The notes: generated by a model from the letters alone, not told the origin. A stretch of 64,000 nt of DNA from Cyanobacteria bacterium J06626_4 (GCA_038523235.1 JBCBJQ010000001.1:96001-160000); one strand, 5' to 3'. Positions 41,035-53,096 are shown, numbered from the stretch's first letter. Program-made: numbers and translations.

Positions 41035-41931
41035 ATGAGAAAAAAAGCTATTCAGTTCAAGGCCATTTGGTTAATCAGCGCCGTCTGCAGCTGGGGAGTC
41101 GCCACGATCGCGGCCCTGCCATCGTCAGCTTCACCGCTTGCGGAAGCTCAGCTGGTTCCCGTCGACTTAGCTCAAACCCGAATCAGTCCACCGGTGCCAC
41201 CGCTGCCCACCCCCTTGCCTGCGCCCCAAGCCCCCGCGATCGATGGCATTGTCGGTCTCTTACCTGAACCCACCGACGACATTGGTATCGGTCACCTCCG
41301 ACCGCGAGACCTCTCATTTTTAAACAGCCCCGATTGGGCTGACAGTCCCTATCTCACAGCTAACTGGCTGCAGGCAGCGGCAATTCCGATCTATATCGAG
41401 CCCAACGGCTCGCACTGGGGATGGATTGTGAATGGTTGGCTAGTGCCCAACGGTCAAACGCCCCTGGCCCTGGGTCGCGATGCCAGCTTTTCCATGCTGC
41501 AGACCTACTACGCCCTGTTTTCTTTTCCCGTCACTGAAATTCGTCAGGATGGCTGGTTTCAATTTCAATACACGCCCGTCGGCAACGCTTGGGCGCATAT
41601 CGACCATCTCAACCTGGGCAGCCTCGACCTAGCCGTCGAAACTTGGGAAAATCGATTTCTCGATATGGGCTGGGTGGAATATCGCCAGCACGGGCTATCG
41701 CAATCGCTGAACAGCGCCCCCAATGGCAATTCCGGCAATATTTTGGGGCTGATTGGCCCCAACAGCTTCATTGAGCCTCTGGCCTTCAACGGCGATTGGA
41801 TGCAGGTGCGCGTGACCCAGCCCGCCGAAGGCTGTACTGTTTTGCCAGGCGCGGCCACCCAAGAAGGCTGGATGCGGTGGCGCAATGATGACGACGGGTC
41901 GCTGGTGTGGTTTCCGCCTAAGGGCTGCTAA
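41035..41931 (+). CDS. Secreted hypothetical protein (Trp-rich, possible SH3-like C-terminus)
   Basis: Signal peptide, Pro-rich linker, GDWMQVRV...EGWMRWR. Confidence 0.7.
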   Translation: MRKKAIQFKAIWLISAVCSWGVATIAALPSSASPLAEAQLVPVDLAQTRISPPVPPLPTPLPAPQAPAIDGIVGLLPEPTDDIGIGHLRPRDLSFLNSPDWADSPYLTANWLQAAAIPIYIEPNGSHWGWIVNGWLVPNGQTPLALGRDASFSMLQTYYALFSFPVTEIRQDGWFQFQYTPVGNAWAHIDHLNLGSLDLAVETWENRFLDMGWVEYRQHGLSQSLNSAPNGNSGNILGLIGPNSFIEPLAFNGDWMQVRVTQPAEGCTVLPGAATQEGWMRWRNDDDGSLVWFPPKGC

Positions 41932-42281
41932 CTGAATGGGGGCGACGCGCGTCGCGTCATCGCGGCCAGTCACCGTCGCCCATCGCCCGATTGGTGGACA
42001 AACCGTTAAGAAGCTGGCCAAGACCCAGACTTTCTACGACAAGTTCAGCCTTGATTTTAGGTGGATTTCGCCTTCAGGAAACGGCGATCGCCCCTACCAT
42101 TTGCCCCTCAAAAAGGTGGCCGAGCAAACGGATTCAGCAGCCTTGCTGGTCACCTTTGCCGCATACTTTTTGGGGCAACGCCCTGAGGATGCTGAGGCAA
42201 TCTTCTCCAGTGAGGGTTTCCGGCCCAATAACACTGTGATAGCCTCCATCAGGTATGGCCGATAGGTTAGGGGGCAGCGGC

Positions 42282-42761
42282 GTGATTGCGATTTACCCAG
42301 GAAGCTTTGATCCCATTACTCTAGGGCATCTGGATATCATTACCCGTGGTAGCCGCCTGTTTGAAAAGGTGGTGGTAGTGGTCTCTTCCAACCCTCAAAA
42401 GAGTCCCTTGTTTACGGCTAAACAGCGCATTGATCAGATTCAGGTCTCGGTCAATCACTTGAAAAATGTCGAAATCGACAGTTTTGAAGGGCTCACAGTA
42501 ACCTATGCCAGAATGAAGCAGGCTCAAGTTTTGCTGCGGGGGCTGCGGGTGCTATCTGACTTTGAAAAAGAATTGCAGATGGCTCACACCAATAAGACCC
42601 TGGCCGCCGACTTAGAGACCATTTTTTTGGCTACTTCAACCGAGTATGGCTTTTTAAGCAGTAGTCTGGTGAAAGAGATCGCCAAATATGGGGGGCCAGT
42701 AGATCACCTGGTGCCTCAGCATGTTGCCCGGGACATATACCGATGCTACGACAAGACTTAA
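42282..42761 (+). CDS. coaD: Pantetheine-phosphate adenylyltransferase
   Basis: [28 protein letters not shown] and SSSLVKEIA. Confidence 0.96.
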   Translation: MIAIYPGSFDPITLGHLDIITRGSRLFEKVVVVVSSNPQKSPLFTAKQRIDQIQVSVNHLKNVEIDSFEGLTVTYARMKQAQVLLRGLRVLSDFEKELQMAHTNKTLAADLETIFLATSTEYGFLSSSLVKEIAKYGGPVDHLVPQHVARDIYRCYDKT

Positions 42762-43510
42762 CCCCAACCAATGCCGCCAATGGCAACGCTGCTGAGCGAT
42801 CAGCGGTAGCTAATGAGGCGCCGGTCAATACCAGTGAAACTGTTAAACGTCTGGATATTCAGCAGTCTTTAAACGTCTTGGAAGAGCTGATTTTAGAGAG
42901 TCCTCGGGTGCCGTTTTCCGGTCGCACGCTGATTGACGAAGACCAACTCTTAGAACAGCTTGATCGGATCCGACTCAACCTGCCGACCGTTTTTCAAGAG
43001 GCGATGCAAATCGTGCAGCAGCGCGATCGCATCATCAGCGACGCTCAGCAATATGCTCAAGACATGATGACAGCAGCTGAGCAAGAAGCGGCCCGCCGCC
43101 TCGACGACATGGGCATTGTGCAGCAGGCTGAACATCAGGCCCGGCAGGTCAAACAGCAGCTTGAGCAAGATTGTGACGCGTTGCGATCGCAGACCCGCAC
43201 GGAAATCGAGCAGTGGCAAAATGCGGTCGAGCAATATTGGGAAGAGACTCAACAGCAAACCGAATCCGAATGTCGCGTTCTACGCCAGGATGCCGATGCC
43301 TATGCTGCAGAAGTGCTGCAGCGGATTGAGCACCAGTTGGCCGACATGATGCGGGTGGTGCGGAATGGCCGCACGGCGCTACCCGCTCAGGCGACGGCGA
43401 TCGAGGCGACTGTTCGCCCCCAAGAGACCACCAGTGCTAAACCCAAAGGCAATTCGCTGTCGGCAGCATCGGACTCGTCTCGTCAGAGCAAACCCCGCCG
43501 CTCGCAGTAG
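42743..43510 (+). CDS. cdv3: DivIVA-like coiled-coil cell division protein (Cdv3)
   Basis: [29 protein letters not shown], a long coiled coil, and ADAYA..VL..IE..L..M...VRNGR. Overlaps coaD, the known synteny. Confidence 0.75.
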   Translation: MLRQDLTPTNAANGNAAERSAVANEAPVNTSETVKRLDIQQSLNVLEELILESPRVPFSGRTLIDEDQLLEQLDRIRLNLPTVFQEAMQIVQQRDRIISDAQQYAQDMMTAAEQEAARRLDDMGIVQQAEHQARQVKQQLEQDCDALRSQTRTEIEQWQNAVEQYWEETQQQTESECRVLRQDADAYAAEVLQRIEHQLADMMRVVRNGRTALPAQATAIEATVRPQETTSAKPKGNSLSAASDSSRQSKPRRSQ

Positions 43511-43674
43511 CGGCGGCTGAAGATGGTATTTCCGAGGGATGATACACTCACGTCGCCTCTGGGGCCAGTGCTGTGCCGCTCCTCGCGCTTTTCCGAGTTG
43601 AGTCGTCTCAAGTCATGTGAGGACAATCATTGTGGGATGACCACAAAAAACGTCAAGCTTTTCCAAGAGACCCC

Positions 43675-44307
43675 ATGCTGAGCTACTTAAAAGGCACTCT
43701 GGCAGACATTCAAAAGCAGGGCGGCCATCGAGTGATGCTGACGATGGACGTCAATCAGGTGGGCTATGACCTCCAAATTACCAGCCGTTTTTTGTCGGAG
43801 CTACCGCCCCTAGGGGAACCGCTGCAGGCATTTTGTCATCTCCAGATTCGTGACGACCAACCAGTCATCTTTGGCTTTGCCAGCCGGTCAGAACGCGATG
43901 TGTTTCGACAGTTAGTGAGCGTCAGCGGCATTGGGCCCCAAATGGCGATGGCGCTGCTCGATACGCTGGGGTTTCAAGAACTGATTCAGGCGGTGGTATC
44001 TGGTAACACGCGGCTGATCTCGCGCACCAAAGGGGTGGGGGCGAAAACGGCTGAACGGCTGATCTTAGAATTGAAGACAAAGTTGGCAGAATGGCGACAG
44101 CAGTCAGGGCTCACACTAACGCCAGGCGGTGGCCCCATGGCCAATGTGCAAGAGGAGGTCGAAATGACCCTACTGGCCTTGGGCTATACCAATGGTGAAA
44201 TCATGAAAGCCTTGCAGGTTATAGGGCGCAGCAGTACCTTGGCGAAGAACGACAACACGGAAGACTGGATTCGCGAGGCGATCGCCTGGTTGAGCCAATC
44301 TTCATAA
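43675..44307 (+). CDS. ruvA: Holliday junction branch migration protein RuvA
   Basis: MLSYLKG, VGY, LVSVSGIGPQMA, KGVGAKTAERLILELK and LLALGY. Confidence 0.95.
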   Translation: MLSYLKGTLADIQKQGGHRVMLTMDVNQVGYDLQITSRFLSELPPLGEPLQAFCHLQIRDDQPVIFGFASRSERDVFRQLVSVSGIGPQMAMALLDTLGFQELIQAVVSGNTRLISRTKGVGAKTAERLILELKTKLAEWRQQSGLTLTPGGGPMANVQEEVEMTLLALGYTNGEIMKALQVIGRSSTLAKNDNTEDWIREAIAWLSQSS

Positions 44308-44405
44308 CGGCAAATGGTGTTTACCCCAAGCAGCTATGTTATGCTGAATAACTCTGTGCATAAAATCTGCGCGAAACATTCATCTGCTAAAGCACCTCGT
44401 ACCCT

Positions 44406-44675
44406 ATGGCACTATTACAAGAACGCAAACAGGAACTGATCTCGGAATACCAAGTTCACGAGACTGATACTGGCTCCGCTGAAGTGCAAATTGCCATGTT
44501 GACTGAGCGCATCAACAAACTCAGCCAGCACCTGCAGGGCAATAAAAAGGATTATTCTTCTCGGCGGGGTCTCCTCAAAATGATTGGCCGCCGTAAGCGC
44601 TTGCTATCTTACATCGCCAAGAAAGATGTCAATCACTACCGTGAACTCATCGGTCGCTTAGGCATCCGCCGATAG
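44406..44675 (+). CDS. rpsO: 30S ribosomal protein S15
   Basis: [16 protein letters not shown]...[20 protein letters not shown]...LGIR. Confidence 0.98.
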   Translation: MALLQERKQELISEYQVHETDTGSAEVQIAMLTERINKLSQHLQGNKKDYSSRRGLLKMIGRRKRLLSYIAKKDVNHYRELIGRLGIRR

Positions 44676-44720
44676 GTATTAGCGTTTAGGTATTAGCTTT
44701 GCTGATCATGGAGCGTTGCA

Positions 44721-45251
44721 ATGTCCGCTGACTCAGAGAACGATCGTCTCCCCTTTGAACCCAACCGCAAGCGGAAGAAAGGGAAAGCAGAAACGACCCC
44801 ACCAGCAACTAGCAAGTCGGCTCAGCCGGTGGCTGAGACCTCCCAACGCGCTTCATCAGCAGCTAAGCCAATCGCTCGTTCGTCAAAAAAATCAGCCAAA
44901 AAGTATAGCCGTGAGGAGACCAGCATTCCTGAGGTGGTTAGCCGGCGAATGCTGAGACGAATGGTGTTTTTCTCTGGAGTTCCTGTCACGGTGGGGATTC
45001 TGGTATTTTTTGCCAGCTATGTGGCCATTGTTCAAGGCATCGCCGAGCTGCCCAATGTCGTGGTGCTGATGGTGACGCTAGCTTGTTTCGGTCTGAGCGT
45101 CGTGGGCTTAAGCTATGGTGCCCTCTCGGCCTCTTGGGAAGAAGCCGAAGAGGCTGGCTCAATGGTGGGCTTAAGCGAATTCCAGGTAAACTTTGAGCGC
45201 TTGGTCGGTGCCTGGCGGCAGACGCGCGAAGAACGGCAAAACAATTCCTAG
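44721..45251 (+). CDS. pam68: PAM68 family photosystem II assembly factor
   Basis: IPEVVSRRMLRRM, two TM helices, and GLSYGALSASWE. Directly after rpsO. Confidence 0.88.
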   Translation: MSADSENDRLPFEPNRKRKKGKAETTPPATSKSAQPVAETSQRASSAAKPIARSSKKSAKKYSREETSIPEVVSRRMLRRMVFFSGVPVTVGILVFFASYVAIVQGIAELPNVVVLMVTLACFGLSVVGLSYGALSASWEEAEEAGSMVGLSEFQVNFERLVGAWRQTREERQNNS

Positions 45252-45441
45252 GCCCATCACCGTCTGGTATTTTGACCGTTTGTAGGATGCCAGTGACGCG
45301 ATCGCCGACGCATCTTTAACGGATTTCGCTCATCTAGCAGTTGAGTCTAAGGATTTCCCATTTTCAGCGATCAACAGTTGTCTTTCTTACCCTGATAAAG
45401 GGAAGATGGCTTCACTTAATGACGACTGCTGCATGGCTGCT

Positions 45442-46953
45442 ATGGCGATCGACTATCTTGAAAAAATACTCACTGCCCGAGTCTACGATGTCGCTCAAGA
45501 AACCCCTCTAGAACGGGCACCTCGACTGTCAGACCGGTTGGGCAACTCGCTTTATCTCAAGCGCGAGGATGTGCAATCGGTGTTTTCGTTTAAGCTGCGG
45601 GGCGCTTACAACAAGATGGCGCAGGTGTCGGCTGATCGTCTCGCTCCCGGCGTCATTGCCGCTTCGGCAGGCAACCATGCTCAAGGGGTAGCGTTGGGGG
45701 CTAAGCATTTGGGCACTTCGGCCCTGATTGTGATGCCGGTGACCACGCCAGAGCTGAAGGTCAAAGCGGTAGAAGATCGCGGTGGTATCGCGATCCTGCA
45801 CGGGGAGACCTATGACGATGCCTATGCCCATGCCTGCGAACTGGCCGCAGAGAAAGGGATGACATTGATTCATCCCTTTGATGACCCAGAGGTGATCGCA
45901 GGTCAGGGCACCATCGGCATGGAGATTTTGCGCCAGCATCAAAAGCCGATCCATGCTATTTTTGTCGCGATCGGAGGGGGGGGACTGATTTCTGGCATTG
46001 CCGCCTATGTGAAGCGGCTGCGGCCTGACATTCGCATCATTGGCGTCGAGCCGGTGGATGCCGATGCCATGAATCAGTCACTGCAAGCCGGCCAGCGCAT
46101 CAAACTCGATCGCGTGGGCTTGTTTGCCGATGGGGTGGCGGTCAAGCAGGTGGGGGCAGAACCCTTTCGGCTGTGTCAGCAATACGTTGATGAGATCATC
46201 TTGGTCAACACCGATGATACCTGTGCGGCCATCAAAGACGTGTTTGAAGATACCCGCTCCATTTTGGAACCCGCAGGGGCCTTAGCGATCGCGGGGGCTA
46301 AGGCCTATGTCGAACGGGAACACCTCTCTGACCAGACGCTCGTGGCAGTGGCCTGCGGGGCCAACATGAATTTTGATCGCCTGCGCTTTGTGGCTGAACG
46401 AGCCGAAATGGGAGAGCGACGAGAGGCGATTTTTGCAGTCAATATTCCTGAAGGCGCGGGCAGTCTACGTCAATTTTGCAAATGTCTGGGCAAACGCAAT
46501 CTGACGGAATTCAACTATCGCATTGCCGATCAGGCAGAGGCCCATATCTTTGTGGGTTTACAGGTCAAAGATCGCCAAGATGCCAACCAAATGGCAGCGA
46601 CATTTGAAACTCACGGTTTCAAAACCTTAGATCTCACTGATGATGAACTGACGAAAATGCACCTGCGGCATATGGTGGGTGGGCGATCGCCCTTAGCCCA
46701 TGACGAAGTCCTCTATCGATTTGAGTTCCCGGAAAATCCCGGAGCGCTGATGCGCTTTCTCAACGGCATGAGCCCCCATTGGAACATCAGCCTATTTCAC
46801 TATCGCAACCACGGTGCCGACTATGGCCGCATTGTCATTGGCATTCAGGTGCCCCCGGCGGAGATGCCCCAATGGCAAGCCTTTTTGGAAACCGTGGGCT
46901 ACCGCTACTGGAACGAGAGTGATAACCCGGCCTACCGCTTATTTCTGGCGTAA
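45442..46953 (+). CDS. ilvA: Threonine ammonia-lyase, biosynthetic
   Basis: YLEKILTARVYDVA, FSFKLRGAYNK, ASAGNHAQG and ACT regulatory domains. The start could be 45406, 45433 or 45442. Confidence 0.95.
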   Translation: MAIDYLEKILTARVYDVAQETPLERAPRLSDRLGNSLYLKREDVQSVFSFKLRGAYNKMAQVSADRLAPGVIAASAGNHAQGVALGAKHLGTSALIVMPVTTPELKVKAVEDRGGIAILHGETYDDAYAHACELAAEKGMTLIHPFDDPEVIAGQGTIGMEILRQHQKPIHAIFVAIGGGGLISGIAAYVKRLRPDIRIIGVEPVDADAMNQSLQAGQRIKLDRVGLFADGVAVKQVGAEPFRLCQQYVDEIILVNTDDTCAAIKDVFEDTRSILEPAGALAIAGAKAYVEREHLSDQTLVAVACGANMNFDRLRFVAERAEMGERREAIFAVNIPEGAGSLRQFCKCLGKRNLTEFNYRIADQAEAHIFVGLQVKDRQDANQMAATFETHGFKTLDLTDDELTKMHLRHMVGGRSPLAHDEVLYRFEFPENPGALMRFLNGMSPHWNISLFHYRNHGADYGRIVIGIQVPPAEMPQWQAFLETVGYRYWNESDNPAYRLFLA

Positions 46954-47127
46954 GTGAGATCAGCCTTGGACTTTTTGGCTCACGGCTAGGCAGATTCTAC
47001 AGCTCGCCACTTTGGAGCGAGATTCAGAGACGTCCCCGAAGCAGTCAGCAAACTGTTGACTCAGGGCGATCGCTTTTCTCAAACGCGATACAATACATTC
47101 GTTCTAGGTTGAGAGAGATGGGGATTT

Positions 47128-48294
47128 ATGCCAGTCAGCCCAGCTCAAATCCGCGCGGTCTTAGACGAAAAGCAGCAGCAGCTCACAGACTTTAATCAAA
47201 CTATGGGGGCTGATCTCCAGCGCTATCGCAAAGCCTGGCGCGCCCTGACCGCTGAGCCCTTCGAGCAAATCGCGCCACAGCTATCGGCACCGAGCATGGG
47301 TGCTCACTTGCTTGAACCCTTGACGACGGTCAACAAAGGAGTGATTCCCAATTCTCATCAGTGGGCCAACCGCGAAGACAGCCTAGGATGGGTGAAATCA
47401 AAGCTATCCGGCATCACCACCTTTGCCGTGGATGGCTCGCAAATCTTTCCCAGCAAAGATGTCTCTTTGCCCATTGCCCTAGTGCAAATTGGCTGGTTCG
47501 AGAATCCCCATGCTGCTAACGGCGAATACACCAAAGATATTGCCCTCGATGTCTTGACGCCAGAAGATTTGAAAGTTGGCCATCGCGGCGACCCGGTCGA
47601 TCGGCGGGTCAACATCCGCCGCTTTGAGATGGAAGTGCAACGACTGGTGGATTACATGGAAGCCTGTGCGCATCCTGAGCACACCCTGGTGCTGTTTGAT
47701 GGCTCCTTGGTGGTCACCTTTGCCGATGCCTTTGACCCCGAGAGTCAAAAAACCTATGTCGATGCCATGGTCAAGCTATTACAGACCAGCCAACGGCGGC
47801 GCGTGCCGCTGGTGGGCTACATCGACACATCTTACGCTCGCGATGTCACGACCTTGCTGCAGCACTATGACCCGAAACTGAAACCGGTAGAGGCGATTCA
47901 TGATGCGCAGCTGCTGGGGCGATTGATGAAATGGGGCGATCGCACGCCGCTGCTCCGCTGCGATCGCGAGGGCATTTTGACCCACTACGGCGACCAGCAG
48001 GATCAAGTGATCTTTAGCTATTTGCAAACCAGTCGCGATCGCCCCCCGGCCCGGCTGGAGATGCCCCACTGGCTGTGGGAAGCGGGGCTGGCGGCGTCAG
48101 TCATTGACTGGGTCAAAGCGGAAGTGATCGTGGGGGGCGGCTATCCTTATGCGATTGAAACCGCCGACCAAACCGCCGTTTTGCAGGCTCCCGATCGCCA
48201 GCTGTTTTATCGCATCTTGCAAGAGTGGGCTGACCGCGAATCGTTGAATGTACAATTCTCAAAAAAGCTGGTGAGCAAGCTGCGGCGGCGATGA
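47128..48294 (+). CDS. NurA domain DNA double-strand break repair nuclease
   Basis: FAVDGSQ, LVLFDGSL, ARLEMP and GYPYAIETADQTA (NurA-type RNase H fold). Confidence 0.8.
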   Translation: MPVSPAQIRAVLDEKQQQLTDFNQTMGADLQRYRKAWRALTAEPFEQIAPQLSAPSMGAHLLEPLTTVNKGVIPNSHQWANREDSLGWVKSKLSGITTFAVDGSQIFPSKDVSLPIALVQIGWFENPHAANGEYTKDIALDVLTPEDLKVGHRGDPVDRRVNIRRFEMEVQRLVDYMEACAHPEHTLVLFDGSLVVTFADAFDPESQKTYVDAMVKLLQTSQRRRVPLVGYIDTSYARDVTTLLQHYDPKLKPVEAIHDAQLLGRLMKWGDRTPLLRCDREGILTHYGDQQDQVIFSYLQTSRDRPPARLEMPHWLWEAGLAASVIDWVKAEVIVGGGYPYAIETADQTAVLQAPDRQLFYRILQEWADRESLNVQFSKKLVSKLRRR

Positions 48295-48384
48295 GGGACA
48301 GCGCTCCGCTGAGTACAGGCTGGCACCTCTCCTTAAGCAAGGCCACTTCGGGTTAAGCCAAACTCGTTTCTTTCTCCTCTGGGA

Positions 48385-48921
48385 TCAGATCGTCTCACCC
48401 GGTAAGGGCACCAGCACACAGCCTGCAATGCGCCAAGTGCTGTCGGCCTGCTGTTCCATAGGGTAGTAAGCGGTCATCCACTCGCCCACCGGCCCCAGCA
48501 CCAACAACGCCTGCACAGGACTCCCATCCACCCATTCCAAGTCACCAAACTCGACTGATTGAGGCCGGTAGACGGTGGCATACTGTGATCGCACCATCGC
48601 CATAAACTGATTAGCTGACTGAAATTGGGCTTGAATAGTTGGGCTCGCAAAGCTGAAGGCCAGCTCCGCGTCATCGGCCTGGAACGCGTCCAGTTGCTGT
48701 CGAATGACGGTTTTAATCGCGGCGTCATCGGCTTCGCTAAGCTCGCCAATGGCAGTCTGGGAAGATGTCGAGGGCGTTGGGGTGCGAACGGGGACCTGAC
48801 GAATGGTGGGAAATCGTTCCATAGACATCGGCTGTCGCCCCCACCAGGTGATGGATGCAGAGATCGCGACTAAGAGCCCTAACCCACCCAAAGCCTGATG
48901 ACGCTTCACGGCATTGCCCAA
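48385..48921 (-). CDS. DUF4864 domain protein with an N-terminal membrane anchor
   Basis: IKTVIRQQLDAFQADDAELAFSFASP...FMAMVRSQY..VYRP...WRIAGC. Confidence 0.8.
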   Translation of the reverse strand: MGNAVKRHQALGGLGLLVAISASITWWGRQPMSMERFPTIRQVPVRTPTPSTSSQTAIGELSEADDAAIKTVIRQQLDAFQADDAELAFSFASPTIQAQFQSANQFMAMVRSQYATVYRPQSVEFGDLEWVDGSPVQALLVLGPVGEWMTAYYPMEQQADSTWRIAGCVLVPLPGETI

Positions 48922-49012
48922 CTCTGGCCTACTGTCTCAGCCTAACGATATTTGGGGAGAGCTGCCAGGTCGCGGCATCACTGAGCGCTCACGGAGCTAT
49001 TGCTCAAGGGGC

Positions 49013-50146
49013 TCAAGCCGCAAAGGGCATCGAGTCGGCATCTAAAATCGCCGTATAGAATTTCTGCAGCTGCTGGGTGGCAGCATTCCAGCCCCACTTT
49101 TCAGCTTCAATGCGGGCATTGCGACTCATTAGTTCGCGCTCAGCCCCGCGATCTAACAGGTGTTGGGTGGCGGCGATCGCCCCATTGTCGTCTTTGGGGT
49201 CAAACAGATAGCCGTTTTCGCCATCAGTCACAATGTCAGGAATGCCACCCGCGTTGGCTGCTACCACCGGGCAGCCCGCTGCCATCGCCTCTAGCAGCAC
49301 CAGCCCCAACGTTTCCGTGCGCGACGGAAAGATAAAGGCATCGGCGGAGGCATAGGCAGCCGCCAGTTCTTCTCCAGCCAGATAGCCGACAAAGTGGGTG
49401 TGGGTGTCGGCAAAGTGTTTTTCTAAGTCTTCGCGATGGGGGCCATCGCCCACCAAGGCCAGCCGGGCTTCGGGAATCGCCTCTAACACCGGCTTAATGC
49501 GATCAACTTCTTTCTCAGCTGAGAGGCGACCAATGTAGAGCAGCAGGGGCGCATCGGGATGACCCTGGCTGAGGCGATCGCGCATGTCGCGACTGGCTAA
49601 TGCTGGGCGAAACAGCTCGGTATCGACTCCCCGTTGCCAAACCTGCACCCGCTCGACCCCGTGGGCGCTGAGTTCCGACTGCATAGCGGTGGAGGTCACT
49701 AAATTCACCCGCGCCTGATTATGCACGGCTTTGATCAGCTCCCACATCACCCCTTCCAACATGCCCAGGCCGTAATGCTCCAGGTATTTGGGCAAGTGAG
49801 TATGGTAAGACGCCATGAGGGGAATGTTGAGCGTCTTGGCATAGAACAGTCCGGCCATGCCTAACACGGCGGGGTTCACGATGTGAATCAGATCCGGATT
49901 GAATTTTTCTAACGCCTCACCAATAGAAGGCCGCGGCAGGGCCAGCTTCAGTTCAGGATAGAGGGGAAACGCCAAGCCCGATACGCCGTGAATTTGCGCT
50001 CCCTGATAGCTTTTTAAGCCACCTTCTGGGCAAAACACCATAACCTCATCGCCCAGCCGCTGCAGATGTTCGACCGTATGCTTAAGACGGGTGACGATAC
50101 CGTCAACTTTGGGCAAAAACGTTTCGGTAAAGAGAGCTATGCGCAT
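49013..50146 (-). CDS. sqdX: Sulfoquinovosyltransferase (GT4)
   Basis: MRIALFTETFLPKVDGIV, SYHTHLP and ETLGLVLLEAMAAG. Downstream of sqdB. Confidence 0.9.
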   Translation of the reverse strand: MRIALFTETFLPKVDGIVTRLKHTVEHLQRLGDEVMVFCPEGGLKSYQGAQIHGVSGLAFPLYPELKLALPRPSIGEALEKFNPDLIHIVNPAVLGMAGLFYAKTLNIPLMASYHTHLPKYLEHYGLGMLEGVMWELIKAVHNQARVNLVTSTAMQSELSAHGVERVQVWQRGVDTELFRPALASRDMRDRLSQGHPDAPLLLYIGRLSAEKEVDRIKPVLEAIPEARLALVGDGPHREDLEKHFADTHTHFVGYLAGEELAAAYASADAFIFPSRTETLGLVLLEAMAAGCPVVAANAGGIPDIVTDGENGYLFDPKDDNGAIAATQHLLDRGAERELMSRNARIEAEKWGWNAATQQLQKFYTAILDADSMPFAA

Positions 50147-50190
50147 GGTCTCGTAACGGGGGCTAAAACATCACAACAAACACTCACACA

Positions 50191-50272
50191 ACACAAAAGA
50201 GGCTAGGTTTCACGATCCGGGTTGAAGCGATGTTGACTTCAGTGAATCTTTGAGAAACCCAACCTCCTGTGT
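50191..50272 (-). terminator. Long hairpin with a U-tract between sqdB and sqdX
   Basis: On the minus strand GGAGGUUGGGUUUC pairs fully (with G-U) with GAAACCUAGCCUCU, followed by UUUGUGU. Confidence 0.55.
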
Positions 50273-50296
50273 CGTTAGTGACTCAGCAAAACTCAT

Positions 50297-51457
<1,161 letters not shown>

Positions 51458-51689
51458 TCAAACACTTCGCTAATACTCGCTCAATTTATCAGCTTTGTGG
51501 CCCATAAACATAGTTTTCCGCAAAAGTTGCTCCGTCCCAAAACGGTTTCTCTATTTCTTTTGCCAGCGTGTTTGGGTCAAACCGAGTGGCTTTAAGGGCT
51601 TGCGGTTTTTGCTCTACAGCGGGGCTCTAGAGCCTGCGGTTTAAGCGCGCGATTCGCAACTTATTCAAGACGATTCAGCTGTCTATTGA

Positions 51690-52901
51690 TCAACTCATGG
51701 CAAGTCGAAATAACCACACTTGAGTCGTTTGCTCTGCGGAAAAGTTATTGTCACTGATCAGCCAGAGGCTAGCAGTACCGTCGGGCAGCGGCGGCCCCAA
51801 CGTCATGCCCTCCAAGTTATCGATCGCCGCCACCGGCAGCTCGAGCGTCGCAAAATCGAGCACCAGCTGCTTTTGAATCGGGTTGAGCTGCTCTAGGGTG
51901 GGCAGGCTGGCGAAGGTTGACACATCATTGGCGCTGCCGGTAGCCAGTTGAAAAAGTTTGATTTCAAAGCCGCGAATGCCATAGACCCGTTCGAGGGCGA
52001 GAAAATGTCCGCCTTGGTCAATAGAGAGGATTTCTGAGAGACCATTGCTGACTGCGCCTAAGGGTTCAAGGCTGAGAGGATAGGGGTATTCGGCAATAAA
52101 AGTCGATTGGTCAGGGCCGATGAGATAGTGCAAAAATCGGTTAACTAAGGGCTGCTCGGGGTTAGGGTCAAAGTCTTGGGCCAGCGCTGATTCCGTCGCC
52201 ATAAACAGGCGAAAGGGTTCAAAGGCGCCGGCGCTGGAGGCGGGGCCGAGGGTGAGGGCCTCAAACCCTTGGTTGTCGCGAATGCCGCGGGCAGCGGACT
52301 CGTCGGTGGCCGCAGTGGAGATAAAGCGGTCGGGAATGCGAAACGCCGTTTTGAGGACGCCCGTCGCTAGATCGTATTCGTTGAGGGCGGGGGGCGATTG
52401 GGTGGAGGCAACCCCTTCACTGGTAATCAGCAGCGATCGCCGGGGTGAGAGCGCCATGCCTTCGGGGTCGAGGCGATCTGCAGGGTATTCATCACCGTTA
52501 CTGTCTTTCAGGGTAGTGACCTGACGCACGTCAACGGACTGGATTTTGGACACGCCCTGAGCATCCAGCCCCGTTTGCATATCGAGGGTGTAGAAGCGGG
52601 AGGGGGCCAGTCGGCCGCGATCGTCTGACAGCGCATAAAACAGGTCGGTTTGCGCATCGTAGGCGAGCGCTGACAAACCGCCTACGGGCGTCTCGGCGAA
52701 GGTTTGCTCCGGCAAGACAGCGACATCTAACAGCTCAACGCTGAGGGGCAAGAACAGTCGATCTTCCGCACTCACCTGGGGCAAGGTACAGCTCACCGTT
52801 GAGAGGGCGATGAGGCCGATCAGCAGCCCGGCCATCGCCCTCACGCTCCAGGCAGGGCGGCACCAGCGCCGCCAACTGTCGCCCTGATCCAGTCTTCGCA
52901 T
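51690..52901 (-). CDS. Esterase-like activity of phytase family lipoprotein
   Basis: Lipobox TVSC, VGGLSAL, ALSDD, DPEGMA, NQGFEAL, DNLEGMTLGP and LISDNNF. Start uncertain. Confidence 0.85.
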   Translation of the reverse strand: MRRLDQGDSWRRWCRPAWSVRAMAGLLIGLIALSTVSCTLPQVSAEDRLFLPLSVELLDVAVLPEQTFAETPVGGLSALAYDAQTDLFYALSDDRGRLAPSRFYTLDMQTGLDAQGVSKIQSVDVRQVTTLKDSNGDEYPADRLDPEGMALSPRRSLLITSEGVASTQSPPALNEYDLATGVLKTAFRIPDRFISTAATDESAARGIRDNQGFEALTLGPASSAGAFEPFRLFMATESALAQDFDPNPEQPLVNRFLHYLIGPDQSTFIAEYPYPLSLEPLGAVSNGLSEILSIDQGGHFLALERVYGIRGFEIKLFQLATGSANDVSTFASLPTLEQLNPIQKQLVLDFATLELPVAAIDNLEGMTLGPPLPDGTASLWLISDNNFSAEQTTQVWLFRLAMS

Positions 52902-53096
52902 GACAGGTTGCTTCACGGTCACCCCCTTGATTGCAGTCGCTAAATTCCAGGGCCACCCATATCGCCACTCAGACGCTTCAGCAGCCCTCCCTATCGTAGA
53001 GTGAGTCACGCCCAGCGATGAGGCCCCCAGACTAGCCCTGACGGTGCATTGAGCTAACACCGCACCCGACGCCCTGATTTAATTAGGGTGTTCTAC

